Shown here one piece after another: positions 1 through 10,368 of a stretch of DNA of 54,409 nt; positions within the stretch are counted from its first letter, which is position 1, and every line of letters starts with the position of its first letter. The translations under genes and the position numbers were made by a program. The stretch is from a virus (lineage: Duplodnaviria; Caudoviricetes), in the IMG/VR virus record IMGVR_UViG_3300022407_001247, positions 1-54,409 of that record, one strand, 5' to 3'. The notes beneath the pieces are model-generated. The model searched no databases. It saw only the letters and a program-made list of their open reading frames with translations, and was not told the DNA's origin.

Positions 1-127
1 ATTGACGGCCCTTGAAGATGTTGCTGCCTTGGCAACAATTGGGGCGACTTATCCGGAACTGATGCTTTATTTGCAAGCTGAAATGGCGAAGTGTGAGCAA
101 GCCCTTGCAGCACAGCCAGAGCAGGAG
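1..127. repeat. Terminal direct repeat, left copy (assembly overlap of a circular contig)
   Basis: 1..127 is identical to 54283..54409. It falls inside a gene, and 127 is a common assembler k-mer size. Confidence 0.95.
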
Positions 128-421
128 TTTGACTACAAATTAGCTTTTGGTGAGTGGTTGGACAAAACAGAGTGGGTGCAGGAAAAGATAAATAGTGGGC
201 ACTTAGGGGTGCGCTATCTAGGGATGCACAGAGCGGATGTACTGCGCGATCTTGCGTATCCAAATACGGTGACAGGTAAAGCCCCGCAACAGCGCAAGTG
301 GCAAGGTCTGACGGATGAAGATGTAAACAAGGAGTCCGCCATGATTGACTTAAAAATGAAGCTGGCATTCCACAGCGGGATGTACGTAGCTCAAAATATT
401 CTGAAGGAGCGCAACACATGA
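2..421 (+). CDS. Hypothetical early protein, 3' part (true start is ATG 54269 across the junction)
   Basis: MTQERLTALEDV... starts at 54269 after a GGAGG RBS and continues through the overlap. The stop overlaps the next ATG (ATGA). The C-terminal 'WQGLTDEDV' motif is common in small phage early proteins. Confidence 0.8.
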   Translation: MTALEDVAALATIGATYPELMLYLQAEMAKCEQALAAQPEQEFDYKLAFGEWLDKTEWVQEKINSGHLGVRYLGMHRADVLRDLAYPNTVTGKAPQQRKWQGLTDEDVNKESAMIDLKMKLAFHSGMYVAQNILKERNT

Positions 422-660
422 CTGACGAAGACGACGAGTTCGAGAGGATCGAACGTGAGATTAAGTTCAAGTTGGACAGCACCCGCACGGCAGTGGTGTC
501 CGACAATTACTACTGGATTCCCATCGACGCATCAACGCCCACCAATGTCAAAATCCTGCTGCTTGGGCGGTCAGGAGTAGCGACGATGGGACACTATGAA
601 AACACGCCGGGTACGCAGTTTTGGACGCACTGGGCACCACTACCTCGAAAGCGCCCGTGA
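418..660 (+). CDS. DUF551-like small phage protein
   Basis: 'WIPID...P' and 'THWAPLP' motifs; AAGGAG RBS; ATGA coupling. Confidence 0.65.
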   Translation: MTDEDDEFERIEREIKFKLDSTRTAVVSDNYYWIPIDASTPTNVKILLLGRSGVATMGHYENTPGTQFWTHWAPLPRKRP

Positions 661-896
661 AGACCGAACTCCTCGTGCGCAACACCCTGCGCCAATGTGA
701 CGACGGTCTGACTATGACGCAGATTTCTGCCCGATCAGGCGTACCTTACCGAGCTGTCCACCGGGCGGTCAGCAAGATGCCCGACGTCTACATCGACCGG
801 TGGCAGCCCCCGGTGGGCGCGTCCCCTTATCAAGCCGTCTGGTGCGTGGTAGAGGTACCTGAAAATTGCCCGCACCCCGTGCATGGGGGTTCCTGA
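657..896 (+). CDS. Putative HTH DNA-binding protein
   Basis: GTG start overlaps the upstream stop (GTGA). 'GLTMTQISARSGVPYRAVHRAV' is HTH-like. Confidence 0.55.
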   Translation: MKTELLVRNTLRQCDDGLTMTQISARSGVPYRAVHRAVSKMPDVYIDRWQPPVGASPYQAVWCVVEVPENCPHPVHGGS

Positions 897-1093
897 TGAC
901 TTGGGCCTACATAGAGCACCTGCTAGGGCGAGGTCTGCACTGGGACAAGTCACAAGAAGAGCTGATGCAGGCTATAGAGCAAGCCCGGGCAGACTGTCAA
1001 TTTGATGCCGCCGAGCATATCCGCATCATACTAGCCCGGCGCAACATAGTGCAGGTGGAAAAGCAGCGCGACCCCCGGCTCACTTCATCTTAG
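896..1093 (+). CDS. Hypothetical protein (last plus-strand gene)
   Basis: TGATG coupling at 894-898; converges on the 1080..3083 gene. Confidence 0.6.
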   Translation: MTWAYIEHLLGRGLHWDKSQEELMQAIEQARADCQFDAAEHIRIILARRNIVQVEKQRDPRLTSS

Positions 1094-3083
1094 CGATATC
1101 AGCTTCGATGTCAGGCCCGACTACTGGGGAGACTGCGTTCGCATCGGCTTCAATGTCTGCCGGCGCGCTTTCTGGGGACGGGGCTGGCCAGACTGCGCCA
1201 GCTGTCCCAGTTGTGGTACCGGCCTCAACAGCGCCGGCACCCAGCGCCCGTTGCGGGGCTCCAGCAGCTTGTTTTTCTAGCAGCTGCACAACGGCCGCAA
1301 CCTCGTGTGGGTCTTTGCTCATCAGCATATCGGCCATCTTGGAGGCGGTTTTCTCGTTGATGCTCGCCTTGCCTATTGTTCTTGACGCTAACCCGGTCAG
1401 TGACTGCCAGAAGTTACCGGACGCAGCCTGATTAAACGCCTGGGCGATGTCGCTGTTCTCTTCCAACTGCTCACGCATTTGCGTACGCTTGCCTGTCTGT
1501 GAACCCCCTAGCACTTTGTTAGCTTGGCCGAACAACTGAGCTTCGCGCTCTAGCGCATTCTTGAACAACTGGAATTGGCCTGGATTGTCAAACAGGGGTT
1601 GCAGTTTAGTCTGCATCTCGGGCGAACCAATAATGCGCTGGGCGGCATTGAAGTTGCCTGAGGGGTCCATTATGCGGCTGTACAGGTTACGCGCCACCCC
1701 GGTGCGGTAGGCTTCTTTCTCAGCTTGACTCATGCCGGCAACGAGTTTGACGATCTGCTCATGGTCCAGTTTGCCAAAGTCGGCCAGCCCCGAGCGCATT
1801 GCGTCAATCACTTCCATCTCACCCGCGTATGCGCCACGCGCCTGTTTGTAGGCGCCAACATTCTCATCTATCGCATTCACAAACTGTTTACGCAAGTCGC
1901 GCAGCGCGGTTGCTTCGGCAGACTTGCCGGTGCTGTACATGCTGTCAATAGTGGCGTCAATACCCCGCTTCATGTAATCCAGCGTGCGAACATCAGGGAG
2001 CTGGGTGCTGATGACGATAGTGTTGCCTGCGGGGTCTCTACCAAGGGTGTATATCTCCTGCAGCTGGTACCTGCTAGGGTCTTCGCCACGGAGCTTCGCA
2101 GCCATAGCCTCCTTGTTGGCGATCTCTTTTGCCTTGGCAAAGAAACCTGCAAACTCGGGGTCCTTAAGCACTGTGTTGATGCGCGGGTCATCTACCGTTC
2201 CGTGTGCGTAGGCGTTGTCGTAGAGCGTCTTGGCGCGGTCACGCAGGTCTTGCACCAGCTTCTGCTCGTCGGCGTAGTAGTCACCGGGCTGCAGGCCCTT
2301 CTTAACCTGAGAATAGGTACGCTCGCGTGCGCCTGTTTTCTGCTCTGTCAGGGTTTTCTCTACCTTACGCGCCCCTGAGCCTGTACGCTGCGCCACAGCC
2401 TCGGCTAGGTCAGACAGCGCAGGGCTGACGTTGGCTGTAACCGAAGGCACCCGCATTGCCCGGTCTTGCGCCATCTTTATGGCAATGTCTTGGGGTGACA
2501 GATTGGATTCTTGTAGGGCTGCATTGAGTTTCTCAGCCGCTCTGGTTTGGATGCGGGCCTCGGTCGGCGCAACCCGGTCCAAGAGCCACTTGCTCGCACC
2601 CCCAACACTCCGAATCGCGAGCGGTGCCGCCGCGCCTATTGCCGCGCCTAAAGCTGCGCCTTGGCCGGCACCTGAAAGACGCTCACCTTCCTTGGCGGAC
2701 CCAGCACCCGAGACTGCTCCCGTGGCTGCACCTAGCCCAGCCATGCGGCCCAGCGCGCCCATAGTTGAGCGTTGGAGCTGCGCGGCACCGGCGGGTTGGC
2801 CGCCCGGAATCAACATCGCGGCAACACCCGGCGCAGCCCCGCCAGCAAACTCCAGCGCGCCGGACACGAACGGAGACTCCTTAGAGTATTCACCGTATTC
2901 TTGCCGGATCTTGGACAGGTTCTGCTCGTACGAGCCCTGGCCCAGCTTGGAGCGTAGCCATGCTTCGGCCTCGTCGCCCCAGCCCATGGCAAGGCCTTGC
3001 CCAAGTACGGCACGGGCTGCGCCGGTAAGTTTGTCAGGTCGCCTACGCCCTGTCACCAGGTCAGATAGTGTCAGATCAGCCAT
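1080..3083 (-). CDS. Putative internal virion (ejection/DNA transfer) protein
   Basis: 667 aa, Ala/Gly-rich and helical, with a 'GLAMGWGDE' motif. Last gene of the structural operon, where podoviruses place ejection proteins. Confidence 0.65.
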   Translation of the reverse strand: MADLTLSDLVTGRRRPDKLTGAARAVLGQGLAMGWGDEAEAWLRSKLGQGSYEQNLSKIRQEYGEYSKESPFVSGALEFAGGAAPGVAAMLIPGGQPAGAAQLQRSTMGALGRMAGLGAATGAVSGAGSAKEGERLSGAGQGAALGAAIGAAAPLAIRSVGGASKWLLDRVAPTEARIQTRAAEKLNAALQESNLSPQDIAIKMAQDRAMRVPSVTANVSPALSDLAEAVAQRTGSGARKVEKTLTEQKTGARERTYSQVKKGLQPGDYYADEQKLVQDLRDRAKTLYDNAYAHGTVDDPRINTVLKDPEFAGFFAKAKEIANKEAMAAKLRGEDPSRYQLQEIYTLGRDPAGNTIVISTQLPDVRTLDYMKRGIDATIDSMYSTGKSAEATALRDLRKQFVNAIDENVGAYKQARGAYAGEMEVIDAMRSGLADFGKLDHEQIVKLVAGMSQAEKEAYRTGVARNLYSRIMDPSGNFNAAQRIIGSPEMQTKLQPLFDNPGQFQLFKNALEREAQLFGQANKVLGGSQTGKRTQMREQLEENSDIAQAFNQAASGNFWQSLTGLASRTIGKASINEKTASKMADMLMSKDPHEVAAVVQLLEKQAAGAPQRALGAGAVEAGTTTGTAGAVWPAPSPESAPADIEADANAVSPVVGPDIEADIAKMK

Positions 3084-5122
3084 TATTCAATCTCCCCCGT
3101 AGCCGGTGCGGTGTCTCGGTACAGCCCTTGGTTGATCTCATTGAGTCGCTTGGCCGAGCGCTCCCTTACAGACTGGAGCGCTTTGTAGCCGTTCTTCATG
3201 ATGAGGCCGCGCTCTTCCTTGCTCTTCGAGCTGAGACCCTGCACATCTTGCAACGCCTTGCGCTCGTCGTTGGAGATGGCGCCAGGGAATGTAGCCTTGA
3301 GCTGCGAGAGAGCAGCTTTCTCAAGCAGATTCTCCATCTCGCGTGTGTTGACGACTTTGGGGTCTTTAGAGCCAACAGCCTCAAGCGCTTTACGTTGCAC
3401 CACGTCCACCGCAGACGTGTCGAATGTGGTCGGGTTCAGAGCATAGGCTCGTTTCAGGTTGGCAAGGGCTTGGTCCGTTTGAGCGACCATGTCTTCAGTG
3501 TCCGTCTTGAGCTTCAACTCCTGCGGTGTGAGCTTTTTGGCTTGTTCGGCAGCGCGTTCTCCGGCTTGTCGCCTCAACTCTAGACCCTGCTGCGCGATGC
3601 TAGCCATGATTGCTTTGTACTCATTACCTTGGGACATCTTGTCATCGATGTACTTGCTCACGAATTTGTTGAACTCCGGAGTGCCACGCACGAGCCCTGC
3701 GTCAGCTGCCAGTCTACCGGCTTCGGAGGCCGGGGTTCCTGCTTTGTACTTCTCACGCAGAGCCTCTAGGTCGCGAGCGCGTCTGTCGGTTAGGTCGGCC
3801 AGATCTCGCGCACGTACATCTCTCATCTCTTCACCGGCCAAAGTGCGCAGTGCGCCGAGATCTTCTTTGGCGGTTTGCATCTTCATCTTCTGACCTTCTA
3901 ACCCCAGCGTCAAGGCTTGTGTGCGTTGGGCTTTCTCGGCCGCGCGCTGAGCTTTCTGCTGCTCACCCAAGACCTCACCCGCTTTGCCCAGGCTCTCACC
4001 AAAGCTACCCGTGCGCGTAGGGGCGCCAAAAGCTGCAGCCAGCTGGAAGTACATCTCTGCTTTGGAAGGGGCTGCCTCGCCGGGTGCAGCAATCGCCTTT
4101 TGCAGCATCTGGTTAAAGGCTTCAGTCTGCTCGGAGGCGGCCTTACGCGCATCGGCCAACTCCTGGGCATAAGGTTGTGTTGCGGGCTGGTACTTGTTGT
4201 ACATAGCCATGACGTCTTCATTCGATGCCATAGGCGCTGAGTCAACTAAGCTTCCCTCAGCGTAATTGCGGCGAACCATACCGCCCCGAGCGTATGTTCC
4301 GCCAAAGCCTCCTCCACCCCCTTCGCCCTCACCGCCTGTAACGCTACCGAAGTTACCCGTGTTTGCACTGTCTGAGTCGCCATAAAAACTACCCATATCG
4401 GTAGATATAGATCCTAAGGGCGTGCCGGTTGGTGCTGGCCCTATTGGCCCACCAACAGTACTTGGCGTAGAAGTCATTGCAGCTGCTTCGGCCGCCCGCT
4501 GGTCTTGCGCCCCCTGCGAGTACGCACCAGTTTGCGCATTTGTTTCCATGCGCGAATCGGAATAGGTCGGAGCACCAACCGACATACTAGCCTCTCGAGC
4601 GTTATCCGCAGCCGTTTGCGCATCAATCGCCGTTTGTGCTGCGTCCGAGTAGGTACTCATGTCTACAACAGGTGCTGGGGCTTGGCTACCAATTAACCCC
4701 GCTAAAAGCCCGCCGGTAAGGCTACGCCCACTGGTGTCCCAATTGCCCATGTCTGCTCGGAAACCACCACCGCCAAAGTCTTGCCCGCCGTCCGCAAGCC
4801 GCTGAAGCACTGAAGCCGCTACCGGAACTGCTGGAGCCATCGGCGCTGCAGGTACCTTAGGCGTTGTGTACCCTGCGCCATACTCATACGTCGGGGTATC
4901 GAGCATTTCGCCGGTGAATGCGGGGTCGTACACGCTACGCGAAGCAACTCGTTGTTTGTAGCTGTCGAGCCATTTGTCGTACGCCGAGCGGTCGGTTGAG
5001 TACTTGCTCATCAGGTCCGCGTAGTCCGGCGCTGCAGTGTCTACGGGCTTTACCATACCGGCGTAGGGGAGCTGCTGTGAGCTGACCCCGTAGCGCTGCA
5101 AGAGTTGTTGGTACTCGTTCAT
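3083..5122 (-). CDS. Putative internal virion (ejection) protein
   Basis: 679 aa with a low-complexity N-half, YARGGMV/YAEGSLV motifs and a coiled-coil C-half; coupled to both neighbours. Confidence 0.6.
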   Translation of the reverse strand: MNEYQQLLQRYGVSSQQLPYAGMVKPVDTAAPDYADLMSKYSTDRSAYDKWLDSYKQRVASRSVYDPAFTGEMLDTPTYEYGAGYTTPKVPAAPMAPAVPVAASVLQRLADGGQDFGGGGFRADMGNWDTSGRSLTGGLLAGLIGSQAPAPVVDMSTYSDAAQTAIDAQTAADNAREASMSVGAPTYSDSRMETNAQTGAYSQGAQDQRAAEAAAMTSTPSTVGGPIGPAPTGTPLGSISTDMGSFYGDSDSANTGNFGSVTGGEGEGGGGGFGGTYARGGMVRRNYAEGSLVDSAPMASNEDVMAMYNKYQPATQPYAQELADARKAASEQTEAFNQMLQKAIAAPGEAAPSKAEMYFQLAAAFGAPTRTGSFGESLGKAGEVLGEQQKAQRAAEKAQRTQALTLGLEGQKMKMQTAKEDLGALRTLAGEEMRDVRARDLADLTDRRARDLEALREKYKAGTPASEAGRLAADAGLVRGTPEFNKFVSKYIDDKMSQGNEYKAIMASIAQQGLELRRQAGERAAEQAKKLTPQELKLKTDTEDMVAQTDQALANLKRAYALNPTTFDTSAVDVVQRKALEAVGSKDPKVVNTREMENLLEKAALSQLKATFPGAISNDERKALQDVQGLSSKSKEERGLIMKNGYKALQSVRERSAKRLNEINQGLYRDTAPATGEIE

Positions 5123-6009
5123 TACTTGGTCCCAAGGTTATAGAGGCCTGCTCCTGCGGCCATACCCGTAGCCAACTGGGACAGCGGAGAAGCTGAGTAG
5201 GTGGCGCCGGTGCTGCTGCCCGACTGCGTCTGCGTGGTGGGTGTGATTGGCGCCATGCCCCGAATCTGGGTGCTAAGCCAGTCCATCTGCTGGCGCGGGT
5301 AAAGCTGTTCGTTTTGCCACTGCTGTTGGGCGGCGGTGAGTTCGGCCTGCTTCTGCGCCTGTTGGCCGCGACCAGCTGCTTCGAGCGCGGCAGCGTCGGC
5401 GGTGCTCATCTGCTGTTGCGTTCCGGCAAGGTTAGCCATCTGCGTCAGTGCGCCCTGTTGCCTAGCTAAGTCGGCCTGCGACGCCCCTAAGGCTTGACCG
5501 TAGCCTGCTTGCAGCGCTTGCGACTGCTGACCCAACACCGACTCGCCAACATCACGCAACGCGCGCGAACCAAACTCACCCATTCGCGAGCCGCCGAATT
5601 GGCCCGCACGCACAAAAGCGTCCGACACGCCGGGCAGTAGGTTCTCGCTCAAGTTGCGCGCACCGAGCTTGGCAATCTGGTCGGTGACGTTGGCGGTATA
5701 CGGGTTCATGTATGCCCCGATATTGCCAACCGAAGTCGCCCCGGCCAGATTTTGCATACCTGTCTGCGCTTGCTCTAAGCCCGGCCTCCAAGCACCCTGG
5801 TTAGCTTCGATGTCTGAGTATGCTTTCTCCTGCAGCGGGGAAAACGAGGCCACAGTGGGCATTGTGTAAGGCTGGTAGGGTGCATTCGCAATACCCTGTG
5901 CCACCTGGATCTGGTTGTAGATCGCGTCCTGCATCCACTTGGGAGTCTCAGACGTGCTGGTGGTGTAGGATGTGGCGGTCTGGGGTGAACCCTGGAACAA
6001 GCTGGCCAT
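5122..6009 (-). CDS. Putative internal virion/pilot protein
   Basis: Gln/Ala-rich, with 'YMNPY' and 'AGQFGGSR' motifs and a Gly-rich hydrophobic C-terminus, as in podovirus pilot/ejection proteins. Confidence 0.6.
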   Translation of the reverse strand: MASLFQGSPQTATSYTTSTSETPKWMQDAIYNQIQVAQGIANAPYQPYTMPTVASFSPLQEKAYSDIEANQGAWRPGLEQAQTGMQNLAGATSVGNIGAYMNPYTANVTDQIAKLGARNLSENLLPGVSDAFVRAGQFGGSRMGEFGSRALRDVGESVLGQQSQALQAGYGQALGASQADLARQQGALTQMANLAGTQQQMSTADAAALEAAGRGQQAQKQAELTAAQQQWQNEQLYPRQQMDWLSTQIRGMAPITPTTQTQSGSSTGATYSASPLSQLATGMAAGAGLYNLGTK

Positions 6010-7259
6010 TATGCGGCCTCCTTCAAATATGAGAGTGGTGATTTTGCATCAGGGCTGAATTTGCCTTTGGAAAGCGCCGCGCCCTTGTGCTTGCGCAGCT
6101 GCTCCCGCATTTGGTCGAGCCGCTGTGCTCCGGCCTTGGTTGAGCCGTCACCCACAAGGGCCACAGTCTCCGCATCAAACACGTATTCCCCATCCGACAG
6201 CCGGGCGTCAATGGTGTCATCTCGGCCAGAGCCAGAACCCTGCGCCAAGTAGGCTACTTTTGACAACGCGCCGCCGTGGGCCATATTCACCGGAACATTG
6301 TAAGCTCCGGTGCTAAACTTGTTCCAGTTTCGTGAGATGTAAGCGTTAGGGTCCAGGCCAGCAGCCGAGGCCTCCCGGTTGATGCGGTCCCAGTCAAAGG
6401 TCTGCATCGGGCGGTTGAAGTATTCCTCTTGCGCTGCTGTACGCCCTGGAGCAGCCGCTTGGGGGCTCTCAGGCTGCTGCATTGCTCCAAGAGCTGAAAT
6501 GGCGGGCAGGGCCATCGCAGCGGTCTTGAGGTTTAGCCCCAGACCTGAGCCGGCACCGCCTGCTCCACCGCCCAAGCCACCCATGAGCGCTCCGGTTACC
6601 GGAGAGCCCCCGGTCAGCGCCGATAGGCCACCGCCTAGCACAGCGCCGCCGAGGGCAGGAGCCCACGCGCTCGACGCGCCTAGAGCGCTTCCGATGGCGC
6701 CTCCAAACCCCGGGGCAATAAAGTTCAGCGCCAGCGGCAGCACAGGGCCTATCGTTTTGACGAGGTCCTTAACTCCGCCCCACAAGTCATCTAGCATGCC
6801 GTACTCGCGCAGCCCGGTGCGAGGGTTGACCCCGCCCGAGCCCCCGTAAGCCTGCAGTATCTTCGCTTCAAACGGATTGATGTGCGCGAGCATGGTGTCA
6901 CCATTCCGACCCTTCGCAGCCACGGTGCTCAAACCCCCGCGCGCAAATTGCTGCATAGGCTGCTCACCGGCCATCCGCTGGCGCAGCATGTGCAAGGCCA
7001 GCAAGATGATACCAATAACCACGGGGTCAAACTGTTCAGGCAGGTCACCAGGGCCCATCACTCCGGACTCCATAGCTTGCTGCCTGAAATCAGCGTAAGC
7101 GTCCGGCTGCTGCATCACAAACTCAAACATCTTCATCATCTCGTCGATGACTTCAGGGGTGAGCTTAGAGTTCTGTGACAAACGGTCCACGGCCTGCGCA
7201 ATGGATTGCCGCACCTGGGGAGAGTTTTGAAGTTTGTCCAGCAATTCTTGAGTGTTCAT
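6009..7259 (-). CDS. Putative internal virion protein
   Basis: ATG 7259 overlaps the upstream stop. Contains 'GRNGDTMLAHINP..GGSGGVNPRTGL' and 'GSGRDDTIDARLSDGEYV' modules and Gly-rich hydrophobic helices. Confidence 0.6.
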   Translation of the reverse strand: MNTQELLDKLQNSPQVRQSIAQAVDRLSQNSKLTPEVIDEMMKMFEFVMQQPDAYADFRQQAMESGVMGPGDLPEQFDPVVIGIILLALHMLRQRMAGEQPMQQFARGGLSTVAAKGRNGDTMLAHINPFEAKILQAYGGSGGVNPRTGLREYGMLDDLWGGVKDLVKTIGPVLPLALNFIAPGFGGAIGSALGASSAWAPALGGAVLGGGLSALTGGSPVTGALMGGLGGGAGGAGSGLGLNLKTAAMALPAISALGAMQQPESPQAAAPGRTAAQEEYFNRPMQTFDWDRINREASAAGLDPNAYISRNWNKFSTGAYNVPVNMAHGGALSKVAYLAQGSGSGRDDTIDARLSDGEYVFDAETVALVGDGSTKAGAQRLDQMREQLRKHKGAALSKGKFSPDAKSPLSYLKEAA

Positions 7260-7477
7260 ATAAATGCCCCGCAGAACCGTTCTGCCCATTCTTTCCAGTC
7301 TGTGAACCCGTAAGGTATCGGGATGTAGCGGCCGAGGGAGTTGTTGTTCAAGAACTGTACTCCCCAGTTTTGCCAGTCTTCGCCTTCAAGTTTGCTGAAG
7401 GCCCCGTACTGGTCCAGGTCGAGCACGACTTGGTCAGCCCAGTCGGTCAACGTCATGTTGTAGGGCATGGTTATCAT
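7256..7477 (-). CDS. Hypothetical Trp-rich protein
   Basis: Fills the gap between two genes with 4-bp overlaps on both sides. Confidence 0.7.
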   Translation of the reverse strand: MITMPYNMTLTDWADQVVLDLDQYGAFSKLEGEDWQNWGVQFLNNNSLGRYIPIPYGFTDWKEWAERFCGAFI

Positions 7478-9312
7478 CCCAGTGACGAATGGTCGCCCAT
7501 GTCGATATGACCAATGATCTGACCCATTTGGTAATCTCCACCGATTGCGTTTGAGCCGAATTTTACGCGCAGTTCCCGCCGCTGCTCTTTGAGCACAACG
7601 ATCTGCTGGTAAGGCTCGGTGGCCGACTCGGGAAAGGTGAAGACCCGGCTCTGGACTTCCGGAGAGCGGGCATTTGCCCGGCCCGTAACCTGCACATACA
7701 TGTCGCCAGACTGTACAAAGTCAGGCTCAATCTGGGTTAGGCGCAGCTTGGCGTTAATCCCTTTTGTAGCTACGGAAGAAAGATCGCATGTCTGGAAATA
7801 AGACTCGATAGGCTGCAGGCTCTGCCCGTCAATCTCGTCAACTCCTTGCTCATGGATCCAAACCGGATAGCCTCCGCCCCGTAAGTCGCCGGTCAGAATT
7901 GGCGCTGCATACGCGTTGCAGTGGCCCCCGGCCACGCGCTTGTTGGCGGGGAGCGTGGTGTCATACCAAGAGTTCTCGCGCACGTTGTAGATGACTGCAT
8001 GCGTGCACTCGGTTGCGTCGTCGCGGGGGTAGCACCACCACACCTCGCCAAACCGAGGCACTTTGTACGCAAAGACTTTAGAGCGCTGCGCGGTGTTCAG
8101 TCCGTCAAAGAACCAGTTCATGTTCATCTGGTTGGGCACTTCGCGCACCACACCGTTGAACATGAGGAAGCGATCCACCCCGGCCCAGAAGAAGATGCCG
8201 TCGTAGTCAACTACGCTGTCCGCAGACATGATGGAGGTGTCGGTGGCGATGGTGTCAAACTGGAATACCGTACTGCCGCCCGTAAACGAGGCACGGATAA
8301 CTGCATCGTAGGCCCAGAACAGCCCGGCAGGGGCAGACCCCGCACCGGCGCGGAGTGGCATACCTTTAATTATTTTCTGCCCCCACGCGCGCGCTATACC
8401 TGAACCTGAACCTGTCAGGTCGGTCGGCGTGCCCGCCACTGACCATCCGATTATGCCCCCCGTGCCGTAATAGAACAGGTACGGGTGTAGCATGACGATA
8501 CCCCCGGTGGCGTTAGCCCCCGCTGGCAGGGGGACGTTGCCAAGAGTTGAAGTTGCGGTAACGTCGCCATGGAAGATCTGCCCGCCAGTGTCGTTGCAAA
8601 TGCAAGACCCGTTAGGTGACACGTGCGCCAGTATTTGTGTGCTCAGCGCCGAGGCGTCATACGCGTAATCGAACATCCAGCGGTTGTCAGCCGAGGCGGT
8701 TAAACCAATTGCACCCCCAGACATATTGACATTTGTAGTCGCCAAAGTTCCGGCGTGTGTGGAAAGTACTACGTAACCGTTAACCGCTGAGCCCGTGGCA
8801 ACTGAGGTTATGGTCACCGTGGTTCCAACCGCAACTGCGGTGTAGTCCGGCACCGAGGTGTAAGCGTTTATGTTGCTGGCCAAGTTGGTCGCAGTGATTG
8901 CCAAACTGGTGTTGAACGGTACATGGGCAGAAATGATCGTCACCCCGTTCACCGTGACGCCGGTGATCTGCCCCGAAGAACCAGAAGTCAGCGTTACGCT
9001 GCCGGTGGCTGAGACATTCAAGGGTGTGCGGTTGCTAATTATGGAGCTGTTTTTGGAGCTGTCCAGCGTGAAGCGTTGAAGCAAATTAGCACTGCCAGAG
9101 TGGCAATACACAAGACCTTGCTGAACATAGTTGGTGAACCCCCGGGAGATTTCAGTCAGGAGCTTCACCACCGAACGGTAACCGCCGATCTTACGGGGCA
9201 ACCCCCGCTGAAACCGCATCCATTGTCCGTCGGTGTAAAAGTCGCCGTCAAATATGGTACCGTCGCGCTTGATGCCCGGGTTGGCTTTCAGAATCGAGGT
9301 CTGAACCGGCAT
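7474..9312 (-). CDS. Putative tail nozzle/DNA-stabilisation protein (P22 gp10-like)
   Basis: 612 aa, beta-rich, N-terminal 'PGIKRDGT..WMRFQRGLPRKIGGY', 'FGEVWWCYP..VIYN..ENSW'. Lies just upstream of the ejection genes. Confidence 0.6.
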   Translation of the reverse strand: MPVQTSILKANPGIKRDGTIFDGDFYTDGQWMRFQRGLPRKIGGYRSVVKLLTEISRGFTNYVQQGLVYCHSGSANLLQRFTLDSSKNSSIISNRTPLNVSATGSVTLTSGSSGQITGVTVNGVTIISAHVPFNTSLAITATNLASNINAYTSVPDYTAVAVGTTVTITSVATGSAVNGYVVLSTHAGTLATTNVNMSGGAIGLTASADNRWMFDYAYDASALSTQILAHVSPNGSCICNDTGGQIFHGDVTATSTLGNVPLPAGANATGGIVMLHPYLFYYGTGGIIGWSVAGTPTDLTGSGSGIARAWGQKIIKGMPLRAGAGSAPAGLFWAYDAVIRASFTGGSTVFQFDTIATDTSIMSADSVVDYDGIFFWAGVDRFLMFNGVVREVPNQMNMNWFFDGLNTAQRSKVFAYKVPRFGEVWWCYPRDDATECTHAVIYNVRENSWYDTTLPANKRVAGGHCNAYAAPILTGDLRGGGYPVWIHEQGVDEIDGQSLQPIESYFQTCDLSSVATKGINAKLRLTQIEPDFVQSGDMYVQVTGRANARSPEVQSRVFTFPESATEPYQQIVVLKEQRRELRVKFGSNAIGGDYQMGQIIGHIDMGDHSSLG

Positions 9313-10368
9313 TTAGAACACCCCGCCCGAGACCGCGCTCAACAGGCTGCTAGCGTTGTTGGCGGGGATGATGGTGTTGCCGTCGCTGTAGACGATCGTG
9401 GTCTTCAAGGCGTCAAGGTAAATTCCGTTGCCCAGGGTGGTTTCAATCCGCATGAGGTAGCCGCCGGTGGTCTCATTGTTGAACCAGTACTGCTGGACGG
9501 TGGCGGGGACGATGAGAGTTCGGTCACCGGTCAGCACGCCGGTCAGTTTGTAGGCGATGCGGTTCAGCTCGGCACCCGTCAGGGTGTAGTTGCCTGTGCC
9601 GGCCACGTTGATCGAGGTGTAGTCAAATGCAAACTCGATAGCCTGCCCAAACCCTAGGGTGTAGTAGTTGACCCCGTCGGTCGCAATTATTGACGACTCG
9701 CCAGGGTTGTACGTCTTGCTGGATAGCCCGTCTATCAGCGACACGCCTGAAGTGTCAACCGTGAGTGCCCCAAAGCCGCTGTTGCGCAGCAGCATGAACC
9801 AGTTGTCACCCACTGTGGCGGTGTTGGGTAAAGTTAGGGTGCCGACTCCACCGTTCCAGACATACATCTTCGCCCGGTCTGTGGTCAAGGCGCTGTAGTT
9901 TGTGTTCAGGGTTGTGATTGGCACTGACTGGGAAAGCACCGACCCCACCGCCACTATGCCCGTGCCAGCAAGGGCGGAGGCATTAGCTGCTGAAACGCCA
10001 GCGCCATACTGGAATGAGCGCCACACCCCGGCCGCAGTGGCGTTGCCGGCAAGATAGACCTGCCACGCCTCGCCCGAAGCGATGTTGACGACCTGGACTC
10101 CAGCAGCGTTTTTAACTAGGAACGAGGCTGAGCCGGTGTTGTTGAACAGGATCGTTTCGCCAGTGCCCGCCCCGGTGGCGTCCGGCAGTATCATTGACCA
10201 CCCGGCCACAGCCGCCGACACATCCATTATGCGCGTAGCATAGTTGGAAATTGCCGAGGTCTCTTCTGGCCAGAACAGGGTTCGGTCTGCGGTCAGCGTG
10301 GTGGCACTGTAGCTGATGTCGCTCGGGTAGATGTTCGCGCCACCAAAGACGTCGATATAGGTGGTCAT
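9313..10368 (-). CDS. Tail/fibre-associated structural protein
   Basis: Thr/Gly-rich beta repeats ('TLTLP', 'LTGVLTGDRTLIVP'); in the tail module. Confidence 0.55.
   Translation of the reverse strand: MTTYIDVFGGANIYPSDISYSATTLTADRTLFWPEETSAISNYATRIMDVSAAVAGWSMILPDATGAGTGETILFNNTGSASFLVKNAAGVQVVNIASGEAWQVYLAGNATAAGVWRSFQYGAGVSAANASALAGTGIVAVGSVLSQSVPITTLNTNYSALTTDRAKMYVWNGGVGTLTLPNTATVGDNWFMLLRNSGFGALTVDTSGVSLIDGLSSKTYNPGESSIIATDGVNYYTLGFGQAIEFAFDYTSINVAGTGNYTLTGAELNRIAYKLTGVLTGDRTLIVPATVQQYWFNNETTGGYLMRIETTLGNGIYLDALKTTIVYSDGNTIIPANNASSLLSAVSGGVF

Noticed and set aside
1-127. Biological terminal repeat of the virion DNA
   Set aside because: The length equals a common assembler k-mer and the repeat lies mid-gene, so an assembly overlap is more likely.
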